A stretch of 64,000 bases of DNA from Candidatus Omnitrophota bacterium. GTDB lineage: Bacteria > Omnitrophota > Gorgyraeia > 2-02-FULL-51-18. The notes under the pieces are model-generated. The model saw only the letters and a program-made list of their open reading frames with translations, ran no database searches and had not been told where the DNA came from. A program made the position numbers and the translations under genes. Shown piece by piece: positions 1 to 7,761 of this stretch (its first letter is position 1; every line of letters starts with the position of its first letter). The DNA lies in contig CAMDWQ010000012.1 of the NCBI GenBank assembly GCA_945877765.1, forward strand, positions 1-64,000, written 5' to 3'.

Positions 1-142
1 TCGTTGTTTTGCTGATGGATACAATCGTTGGGGAGCCGCAGAACGTGTCGGGAAAGGTGGCGGCGAGGATTCGCGGGAATGAGCCAACACCCGTGCGCCA
101 CGCTTTTAACACGGGCAACACGGGGTTCGAAACTCAAAGCTG

Positions 143-215
143 TGGACCTGAGCGGGATCGAACCGCTGACCTCCTCATTGCGAACGAGGCGCTCTACCAG
201 CTGAGCTACAGGCCC
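143..215 (-). tRNA. tRNA-Ala, anticodon CGC (73 nt, CCA not encoded)
   Basis: Read by eye as the reverse complement, it folds as a cloverleaf: 7-bp acceptor stem with the G3:U70 Ala identity pair, D-loop AGCTGGTAGAGC, anticodon stem CCTCG/TGAGG with loop TTCGCAA (anticodon CGC), T-arm GGTTCGATCC, discriminator A. Confidence 0.85.
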
Positions 216-222
216 AAAAATC

Positions 223-1314
223 TTATACGCTTGCTATTATTGGAGTTGCAATAGTAACGGAATCCATTTCCTCTGTCAACTTTGCCGACTGTGCTAAAAC
301 TGTGATAACGTTATCCAGAATCCTCACAGCCTTCGCCTGAAAGTCCGGCGACAAGTGCGAATAGCGCTGGGTCATTTCCGTCGTCCTATGCCCCAGAAGC
401 CCCTTCACAGCAAACAAAGTCACTCCCGACATCACAAGGTGAGAGGCGAAGGTGTGCCGCAGATCATGGAAATGAAAGTCCGTGATCTTGGCGTTTGTCA
501 GCGCCGTCTCAAAAGCCTTGCGAAAGTCGTAAGTTTTGCCTTCCTCGTTCGGAAAAACCAGTGAGCTGTTGGACTGTTTCGGCTGTGCCATCAATGCACC
601 CATGGCCGAATCGTTGAGCGGTATATGCCTTTTGAAGCCGCTTTTACTGATCGCGACTACAAGTTGCCGCTTTTGAAAATCAACGTCATTCCACTGCAAC
701 TGCTGGATTTCTCCCTTACGCATGCCTGTATGGAGAGCCAAGGTAACAACGTTTCTGAGCTTTAGGTCTCTGCAAAAACCGAGAAGACGCGCTATTTCGT
801 CTTTCTCAAGATACCTTACGCGCTCGTTATTAGCCTCGTCTCCCTTGTACCGCTCCACGTCTTTCATTGGGTTGTCGTGCAAGAGCTTCCACTTGATCGC
901 CTTGTTGAACATCGTACAAAGCGTGCAAAGCTCCCGCTTGACCGATGAGCGCTTGACTACCTTTTGCCGCTCAATCTTATAATCCTCGATCATCAAAGAC
1001 GTAATCTGATACAGGAATTTCTCCCCGAAGAAAGGAATGAGGCTCGCATGGTGACTTTTATCGGCGCGCTTCCAAGATTTCTTGTAAGGAATCGCGTGCC
1101 TCTGCATGTACGTCTCTGCAAAGTCCTTGAAAAGCACCTTCTCATTCTTCTTTATATCGAGGTACTTACCCTCGGCGATCTCGGTCATCCGCTTGTGATA
1201 GAACTTTTCCGCTGATCTTTTATTCGTGGTTTCAGCCGGAACGCGGACTTGCCTTCCCTCGAAGGTATAACCCATCCAGTACTGTTTACCTCTCCGATAA
1301 ACCCCCATCGCCAT
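223..1314 (-). CDS. int: Tyrosine-type site-specific recombinase (phage integrase family)
   Basis: 363 aa. C-terminal catalytic region has HDLRHTFAS (H-x-x-R) and LLGHRTTEMTQRYSHL (the conserved Tyr). The gene stops 8 bp before the tRNA-Ala 5' end. Confidence 0.9.
   Translation of the reverse strand: MAMGVYRRGKQYWMGYTFEGRQVRVPAETTNKRSAEKFYHKRMTEIAEGKYLDIKKNEKVLFKDFAETYMQRHAIPYKKSWKRADKSHHASLIPFFGEKFLYQITSLMIEDYKIERQKVVKRSSVKRELCTLCTMFNKAIKWKLLHDNPMKDVERYKGDEANNERVRYLEKDEIARLLGFCRDLKLRNVVTLALHTGMRKGEIQQLQWNDVDFQKRQLVVAISKSGFKRHIPLNDSAMGALMAQPKQSNSSLVFPNEEGKTYDFRKAFETALTNAKITDFHFHDLRHTFASHLVMSGVTLFAVKGLLGHRTTEMTQRYSHLSPDFQAKAVRILDNVITVLAQSAKLTEEMDSVTIATPIIASV
288..307. promoter_or_regulatory. 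Candidate integrase arm-type site: tandem tgtgNta half-sites (actgtgctaaaactgtgata). A near-identical copy lies at about 7624-7643.
   Basis: A 20-nt motif with 18/20 identity occurs in direct orientation about 73 bp inside the left junction and about 118 bp inside the right junction. Confidence 0.4.
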
Positions 1315-1385
1315 CCTCTACTTTCTAAGCAGAGCGTAGGTGCTGGCGTCAGGTGCATTTAGTTTAATACACCCCCCATAACGGG

Positions 1386-1568
1386 TCAATTTATCTTCTC
1401 GACTTTGCACGCATCGAGATATTTTTCGATATCGCTTTGACGAAACTTAACCAAGCGCCCGATCTTCACGAATGGAATCTTCTTTTCGCTTACCCACTTG
1501 TACAACGTGCTAACGCTTACGCCCAACATTTCCGAAATGTCCTTAATACCCATCAGCTTCTCTGCCAT
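1386..1568 (-). CDS. AlpA/excisionase-family HTH DNA-binding protein
   Basis: 60 aa. IKDISEMLGVSVSTLYKWVSEKKIPFVKIGRLVKFRQSDIEKYL is the typical AlpA / MerR-like HTH_17 pattern. It lies directly upstream of int on the same strand. Confidence 0.8.
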   Translation of the reverse strand: MAEKLMGIKDISEMLGVSVSTLYKWVSEKKIPFVKIGRLVKFRQSDIEKYLDACKVEKIN

Positions 1569-1720
1569 GTGACTTTGCTCCCATTACTTGGGCTTGACCC
1601 AAGTCGAGTGGTCGCTCCGTGCATGAGCAGAATCGCCTGCCCCCGGCATTGTCCGAATGCCAAAAAACTACAAACAGCCCCAAAGGAACACCAGATCCAC
1701 CAGTAACACCAGATGAGTCC

Positions 1721-3037
1721 TCACCCGGCAACTGGAGGTTCTGGTGTTTCTGAGGCATCTGGTTCTTTTCCAAGCCCAAACGATCGAGCAAGTTTGTTGA
1801 TTCTAGACAAATCCCACAGGATCGCCGATGAGCCGTTGGCGGTTTTTGCTTTCTGAAAGCCAAGAGCACCCAAGACTCGTCCGATTTTGGTAGGCGTGAG
1901 CGTGTATTCTCTAACCGTATTTACTAAAGCTGTAATTGCCATAACGGGTAAAGCGCCGTTGACGACGGCATAGTCCAGGCCGAGTATGGCTTCTATAATT
2001 TGCGCTTCCAAGCTTAGGGCTCTTTCGTTGCGTTTTTCCTGCATGACGCGGCTCACATATTCCACAAAAATCTCCTCACGTTCTGGCCGCGCTAAACGTA
2101 TGACTTGATGTAACGGCTTCAAAACATCACCCAAACGGCCTTTATCGGGTTTGCGAATGTCTGGCAACTGCTTTCCGAGATGCCGGGCCCGGAATGCTAC
2201 AAGGCGCTCACGCAAAGGTAAGCAAATATCCTCCGTAACTTCGTTCTCGAAGTTTTTCTCCGTTGGCAACATTGAAATAGTCAAGCCGCGAGTTTCTAAT
2301 GTGTCGTCGATCGGCTCATTTGTTGCAAGGACTGTCGGCCCAAAGACTGTATAGTACTTGGTGTCTTTGAAACTACCTTTGTCTGGATTGAGAACACGTG
2401 GAACTTTCATTCCCTTCATAAAGCGCCCCAGGAGCGCATCCTGGCTTTGATTCTGAAGTGCCGTTTGCCATACATCTTTAACATCTGCAAAAAGTGAACA
2501 GCCGAGATCATGCCCAATACGTAGCAGATACGCTTCACGGAGAGAAGTGGCGTGAAACCCTCGATAGGCAACGAATATCATCCCTTGCCCTGTACGTGTT
2601 TTTCCACGTTCTGCTACCGAATAAAAGCAAATGATCGGTGAAAATCGAACAGCCTCCAACATGTACGTGTGCATAACCCAAGCGGCAAGGAGGTCGTACT
2701 GCGCTTCGTCGGGCAATTCTGAAATTGCTCTGTGATGTTGTAAGAGTTCATCGTAGAGCGCGGCATCAACAACGTTTGGCGCTAAAGATACCTCGGCATT
2801 GTAAATTCGGAGGACTTCCTGAGCTCGTGGAAGTCGCCAGGGTACCTCGGGCGGGGGCAAGATAGTTTCTTGGTCAAATGAATAGCGCTCGTACACGGTG
2901 AGTTCATTACCTTCTTTAACGAGAAACGCGGGATGCCCTTTGAATTCTACAAGATCAACGAGTCCATCAAAGTAAGCAGTATAGGTGACTTGCGGAGAAC
3001 GGCTGTGATTGGTATTTAACATCTTATATCTCCTCAT
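1721..3037 (-). CDS. Hypothetical island protein, 438 aa; possible replication or regulation role judged from position only
   Basis: Long uninterrupted ORF co-oriented with alpA and int. No Walker A or other motif I can recognise. In P4-like and PICI-like islands this slot often holds a primase or replication protein (inference). Confidence 0.5.
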   Translation of the reverse strand: MRRYKMLNTNHSRSPQVTYTAYFDGLVDLVEFKGHPAFLVKEGNELTVYERYSFDQETILPPPEVPWRLPRAQEVLRIYNAEVSLAPNVVDAALYDELLQHHRAISELPDEAQYDLLAAWVMHTYMLEAVRFSPIICFYSVAERGKTRTGQGMIFVAYRGFHATSLREAYLLRIGHDLGCSLFADVKDVWQTALQNQSQDALLGRFMKGMKVPRVLNPDKGSFKDTKYYTVFGPTVLATNEPIDDTLETRGLTISMLPTEKNFENEVTEDICLPLRERLVAFRARHLGKQLPDIRKPDKGRLGDVLKPLHQVIRLARPEREEIFVEYVSRVMQEKRNERALSLEAQIIEAILGLDYAVVNGALPVMAITALVNTVREYTLTPTKIGRVLGALGFQKAKTANGSSAILWDLSRINKLARSFGLGKEPDASETPEPPVAG

Positions 3038-3054
3038 TTTTTTGAGAGCGTAAG

Positions 3055-3282
3055 TTAACGTTGAAAAACCATATCCTTTAGCGTTCTGTACGCATCGGAG
3101 TAAACCTTCGCCTTTACACTGCCCCCGTTGTAGTAATCAAGGGCATCTTTATGGACTTTGTCGCTGTCCTCAAAAAGTAGCGTGACTTTAGAGCCTGTGG
3201 TTTCTTTGCCAGCAATTGAGTGGCCTTTGGAAAGAAGATAACTTGCTTCGTAGAGGTTTTGCGTTTTATAGAAGTTCTTCAT
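3055..3282 (-). CDS. Small hypothetical protein (75 aa) resembling a conserved phage- or island-associated small family
   Basis: ATG start with an aaaggaaa ribosome-binding site upstream. The pattern F-K-T-x-N-L-Y-E-A-S-Y-L-L-S-K-G ... LLFED ... YYNG ... Y-R-T-L-K matches, from memory, a small DUF-type family seen in phages (DUF5659-like, unverified). Confidence 0.45.
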   Translation of the reverse strand: MKNFYKTQNLYEASYLLSKGHSIAGKETTGSKVTLLFEDSDKVHKDALDYYNGGSVKAKVYSDAYRTLKDMVFQR

Positions 3283-3565
3283 CTCTATTTCCTTTTGGAT
3301 CGCTCAGCCAGACAAAAAAGGCCAGGCGATCGCTGTTTGTTTCAGCTTCGCCCGGCCTATGTATATAAAATAAAAGCGCCGCAACGAAACAATATGATTC
3401 TTTGTTTTCGCTGCGGCTTGACTTGTTTGTCAGTCGCTTATTTTTTGGCTTACTTCTGCTCCTGCGAAATTATCGCATCACGCACGAGCACTCCAAAACC
3501 TAGTGTTATAATACCACGACACACAAAAATATCAAGCGTCTTTACCCGAAGAAACTTCTCATGGG

Positions 3566-3979
3566 TTATTTAGAGCTTTTTTCTCGCCGTACAGATTCAA
3601 GCTTATTTAACCATAAAGCAAACAACTCACGAAGGATTTGCAAGGCGGCGGTTAGAAAACCAACCAGAAGTATCAGGTACGCCCAGACAACCTGCGCAAA
3701 AAGCCACAGGAAGAACATCATAACCAATCCACTCATCAAGCCATCGAAAGAAAATATTTTTCTGCGGTACTTAACAATAGCGAAGAGCGCTGCAGTGAAC
3801 GCGCATAAGGCGAATACTAAATATCTATTCTGGGCTGTAAAAAAAGGCGCCCCGCAGATAAGCGCTCCAAATATGGTGAAACAAGTGGGAAGATTATCAG
3901 AATTCTCATCCTGAGAAAGAATAAAAAAGTGGGGGTATCGAATAACCTCCCAAACATTTTCAAGGATCTTCATACTCAC
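3566..3979 (-). CDS. Hypothetical integral membrane protein (about 135 aa, three or four predicted TM helices)
   Basis: Strongly hydrophobic segments (FTIFGALICGAPFF, LVFALCAFTAALFAIV, LVMMFFLWLFAQVVWAYLILLVGFLTAAL). An ATG two codons inside the ORF has a gaagggtgag Shine-Dalgarno-like sequence upstream. Confidence 0.5.
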   Translation of the reverse strand: MSMKILENVWEVIRYPHFFILSQDENSDNLPTCFTIFGALICGAPFFTAQNRYLVFALCAFTAALFAIVKYRRKIFSFDGLMSGLVMMFFLWLFAQVVWAYLILLVGFLTAALQILRELFALWLNKLESVRREKSSK

Positions 3980-4142
3980 CCTTCATAACGATTTGTTTCA
4001 TTTCCTTTCTGATACGACTCAAGTTCTCCGCTCGGAAAGTTTTTGCTCATACTTATAACTCATTTTATCCGGTAGCCCTCAAGGCAGGCAAGAAGTATTA
4101 CGAAGTATCACTTCGTGGTTAGTTTTCACTGATAGCCAGATA

Positions 4143-4370
4143 ATTAGAGGCATAACAACCCCGAAGATAAGGCTCCAATTAGCGGAGAAGTTAAAGCGAG
4201 AGCGCCGAAGGGCTAAACTTACTCAGGAAGAAATGGCAGAATTGGTCGGCGTCAGTACGAGGTTTTATCAGATGCTTGAATCGAAAAAACCGACCGCGAT
4301 CCCGGTCGACACCCTTGAAAAACTTGCCAAGGCGTTGAAGACTACGCCCTCCAAACTGCTCAACTTTTAA
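4143..4370 (+). pseudogene. XRE-family HTH regulator with a degraded start codon (ATA where ATG is expected); the only in-frame ATG would start inside the HTH
   Basis: The plus-strand frame is open from 4059 to the TAA at about 4368-4370. It encodes ...IRLQLAEKLKRERRRAKLTQEEMAELVGVSTRFYQMLESKKPTAIPVDTLEKLAKALKTTPSKLLNF, a textbook XRE HTH. There is no ATG, GTG or TTG in frame before M at about 4233. Confidence 0.5.
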
Positions 4371-4380
4371 GCCGCAATGG

Positions 4381-5568
4381 TCAATCTGTAGCCGCCGGGC
4401 TATCCTCAAACCAATTAGGGATTTTGCCGTACTGATCGGCGGCACGGTGTATAGCTTGTATTGATTCTGGGTGAGTGGGCCTAATTTTTGGATGAAGTGG
4501 AAATACTGACAACGTATCCTTACCAGGGTCCGGCTCAAGGTCTCGAGCATAATGCTGAGGATGGTTTGTAAAAACCGCCAAATTGAACTTATCCGGATTT
4601 TGCGTGCTCGGAAGCCCGGTCAGCACGCTAAAAGTGTCCATAATTTCTTTAGCCCACGGCTTCTCCAGCGATCCTCTACCTGTTACATGCGGGAGATTCA
4701 GATCAATAAATATAACTTTAGGATCAGTAGTAGGCTTATCTAGCGCACTCCGCAGCAGTGGCTCAATATCGGCCTTTTGTTCATGTGGTGCTTTAAAAAG
4801 CCCTCCCAGAAACCCCTTCACCCCGCGCCGATGTCTACTTTTTGCCTCGACCGCAACCCTTTGGCCGGTTACTTCATGAACGCCAATGAACTCATGATGC
4901 TTTCGCGTGTTGTCCGATTCGTCCTCATACTTTAGCTTATACCCAGCTCGTATACAGGCCGCCGCTACAAATAGCTCATATCTTGCACCCTGAAACTGCT
5001 TGGGGTCTTTAAGCCTCTTGACGACATCGGCCTGTAGTGACTGATGGTCATCCAGTCTGTAGAGGTCATGAGCGAGATGCAGATAGGCGGCGGCACTGCC
5101 ACTGGGAATGCCTCCGTAAAGACCATGTTCGTTCACCGGCTGTGCTTGCTGATAAAGACAGAGACCGTTATACCATTTGAGAATCTCATGCCGATCCTTC
5201 AAAGGCTTTAGTATTTCTTTCTTGCCCCAGTCGTCGCTTTTGTTCAATACGTGCGTAATATAATAGAATAGGAAATCCGGCACGGTTTTCCATTTTTTTG
5301 AGTAATGCATGGTGCTGTGCACCGCGACGAACCTGTAACCCTGATACATCGCACTAATAATAGGCCGCCCAAATCCGTATTCCGCGGCGTGGGCAGCCTC
5401 GCGGAGCTGCTGTTCGCGCATGATCTCTTTGTATTTTTCAAGAAGTTCTGGCGACATCTCGCTATAAGGCTGAGCCTTGTCAAGCTTGAATGGTTTATCG
5501 CGACAACATTTTTTATACTTCTTTCCGCTGCCGCACGTGCAAGGGTCATTCCGACCGATATCAGCCAT
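4381..5568 (-). CDS. SEC-C zinc-motif protein (395 aa) with a possible nuclease-like E-x-K motif; unknown function, candidate defence or toxin effector
   Basis: N-terminus MADIGRNDPCTCGSGKKYKKCC is the SecA C-terminal (SEC-C) metal-binding motif. A later segment HEFIGVHEVTGQRVAVEAKSR is weakly PD-(D/E)xK-like. ATG start with GGAA upstream. Confidence 0.7.
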   Translation of the reverse strand: MADIGRNDPCTCGSGKKYKKCCRDKPFKLDKAQPYSEMSPELLEKYKEIMREQQLREAAHAAEYGFGRPIISAMYQGYRFVAVHSTMHYSKKWKTVPDFLFYYITHVLNKSDDWGKKEILKPLKDRHEILKWYNGLCLYQQAQPVNEHGLYGGIPSGSAAAYLHLAHDLYRLDDHQSLQADVVKRLKDPKQFQGARYELFVAAACIRAGYKLKYEDESDNTRKHHEFIGVHEVTGQRVAVEAKSRHRRGVKGFLGGLFKAPHEQKADIEPLLRSALDKPTTDPKVIFIDLNLPHVTGRGSLEKPWAKEIMDTFSVLTGLPSTQNPDKFNLAVFTNHPQHYARDLEPDPGKDTLSVFPLHPKIRPTHPESIQAIHRAADQYGKIPNWFEDSPAATD

Positions 5569-5645
5569 CTAATTTTCCTATTGAACAAAAAGGGGGAGCG
5601 TTTTTTAGGCGCTCCCCGGATATCACATCAAATTATATAAACTAA

Positions 5646-6908
5646 TTACTTCGTACGGCCGCCTTTACTCGCCAAGCAATGGGTCATATACTCCGCCCAG
5701 ACATGCGCCGACATAGCCTCCCAAACAACCCCCGACTTTCCGACTTTATCAAGGTTGTAATTGGCATCAACTGTTTGAAGGCGCAGGGTTTGATAGAGCT
5801 TTGGCCCTACCTTATCTGCAATGGTATACCAGACAGACGGATTTTCGCGCTCGCTTAGTACCATTTTTGTGAATGAATATGCAAGCGGCAAAAGCCACGA
5901 CTTAAGCACCTTATATCTGATCGTTTTCTTCAGAAAAACTAGCGTAGTGCTACCAGTCATAATGCCAGCTACATTTCCGAAGCCCGACTTTTTCTTGGGT
6001 TTCTTTTCTTCAGTCGCCTCGTCATATAAGTTAGCTCTTCCCTCTGCTTCGTTATACCAGTCCTCGAACCTGGAATGGATATAATCCACGAACTTAAGAT
6101 ATTCGAAAGCAACATCTCGGATGCTCTTAAGACCAGCCATTAAGCCATCCGGCCTCTTATCCGTTTTGAGATCGCTTATCATCTTTCCTGGACCGTTATA
6201 ACAACGAATTTTCGATTCAAGCTTCGGGTTCAGTAAAGAAAGAGTGGCTATCACGTCTTGCCCGTTTACATCGCCTGAAAGATCGAACTGCCTCCAATTA
6301 ATTTGACCGTAAACTCCCTTATCTTTCAGGATGTCCGTGAACCAGTTCAGATCATCCGATAAGATCAGAAGGCTCAGGTCCTTAACAGACATATTGGTAT
6401 TTCTTGCGCCTACAAGGTCAGCTAGCTTTTGCGGATCGATACCTGTAAGAACCTCCAGGGTCACGTGCTGACGATCACCGGCGGCGGTTGGGTTGATCCA
6501 ATCGCCAGACTGGAGCATATCCATAATAACTTTGTTTGTGTGGCCGCCATCCAAATTACCAAACGTGCTTTCAATTGGAGAAACCTCGTTTTTTAGAAAC
6601 GATAAACGAAGCTCGTTCTTGACGTTATCGTATTCCGCTTCGTGCGCGTTCAAAACAATCCCACGATTGTAGTACATGAACCATCCAGGCTCCGTCTTCA
6701 AACCCTCACGTATCGCCTGCGCGACTTTGGTGTCCATACTTTGATTACGTGGGTTTGGACCAAATGTGATAGCGGCCTTGCTTATCTCGTCCACGGAAAC
6801 CTGGGCGATGATGCGCTTTCTGCCCCTGCCATTAGGGTCAGGAAACGTCTTGCAGTGATCGGGTTGAACTTTGATTGATACGGTAATAGGGGAGAGAACT
6901 GATGCCAT
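5646..6908 (-). CDS. Hypothetical protein (420 aa); unknown function, paired with the SEC-C protein downstream
   Basis: Long ORF with a strong AAGGAG ribosome-binding site before the ATG, ending 77 bp before the SEC-C gene on the same strand. No NTPase motif. Loosely reminiscent of Abi-like (AIPR-type) proteins, which I cannot verify by eye. Confidence 0.65.
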   Translation of the reverse strand: MASVLSPITVSIKVQPDHCKTFPDPNGRGRKRIIAQVSVDEISKAAITFGPNPRNQSMDTKVAQAIREGLKTEPGWFMYYNRGIVLNAHEAEYDNVKNELRLSFLKNEVSPIESTFGNLDGGHTNKVIMDMLQSGDWINPTAAGDRQHVTLEVLTGIDPQKLADLVGARNTNMSVKDLSLLILSDDLNWFTDILKDKGVYGQINWRQFDLSGDVNGQDVIATLSLLNPKLESKIRCYNGPGKMISDLKTDKRPDGLMAGLKSIRDVAFEYLKFVDYIHSRFEDWYNEAEGRANLYDEATEEKKPKKKSGFGNVAGIMTGSTTLVFLKKTIRYKVLKSWLLPLAYSFTKMVLSERENPSVWYTIADKVGPKLYQTLRLQTVDANYNLDKVGKSGVVWEAMSAHVWAEYMTHCLASKGGRTK

Positions 6909-7252
6909 GGTGAGACTCCTTTAATATCCCGGTAATTAGTTCAAGCACTAGCTGATGCCGAGTACGCCATCAACAGCACTGCTCGCTCTCATGAGCCAGC
7001 TGATACATAACGTACCACGCTAGCGATGATTTGTCGACCCATTTTTTTGATACATGATAATTTTGAGAATTCCAAAAATAGATGCTTTAAATACCAAATT
7101 GAGGCGGGATTAATTCACCGGGGAAGCGGCTCCGAGTTCGCCATCCTCGGTAGCGTCCTTCGGCGCTCTCTCGGCACAGCCAATATCCGATAATCGCGAT
7201 TATCCGACATTGTCCTTGGCTCACCCTCCGCACGTCCTCGCACTCGCTCGGA

Positions 7253-7275
7253 TTGACATAAGTATCTTATGTCAA
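7253..7275. promoter_or_regulatory. Perfect 10-bp inverted repeat with a 3-nt spacer (ttgacataag-tat-cttatgtcaa); candidate operator
   Basis: Seen directly in the island's non-coding arm, about 345 bp upstream of the 420-aa gene start. Confidence 0.35.
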
Positions 7276-7761
7276 CTTCCCGTGGCGACTTCAATCATTA
7301 GGTGGTAGCGCACAGGAGCGACCATTTTTGGTGCCGGGTATAGCAGCGGACTTATTATACATTGATGGTACCTTTGGGGGGATACCGGCGGCTCCTACCC
7401 CTACAAGAAATTAATTCTATTTGATCAGACCGTTAACGGGGGCAGAGATAGAAAAGGATAAAGAGGCTCGCTTCCTCGCTCCTCCCTCTAAGAGATCACA
7501 GCGCTCAGCACATAAAGTACACAAGTATGGCACAGCAAGTCACAGCACGGCACAGGAAGTACACATACTGCCCCCGTCAGCGAAAAGAACGCCCACCGCC
7601 AATACCTACGCTCTGCTCGGTTCATTGTGATAAAACTGTGATAGAACTAAGGAAAAACAAGGAATATCACGACAAAGACAGGTTAGATGAAAAACCGTAA
7701 GTGCTTGAAACTACAATGTAGCGGAGAATATAAGATAATCAGGGACAAAGCTCGGTTCACT

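Noticed and set aside
9-254. Plus-strand 81-aa ORF at the window start
   Set aside because: It runs straight through the tRNA-Ala gene on the opposite strand and has no ribosome-binding site. It is an artefact of the structured RNA sequence.
4191-4550. Minus-strand 119-aa ORF
   Set aside because: It overlaps the XRE HTH frame on the other strand and the 3' end of the 395-aa gene. The XRE frame has a far more protein-like translation.
7421-7630. Plus-strand 69-aa ORF in the island's non-coding arm
   Set aside because: Its translation is low-complexity (Ala/Ser/Lys/His-rich), generated by the CA-rich repeat run. No ribosome-binding site. I treated it as non-coding regulatory DNA.
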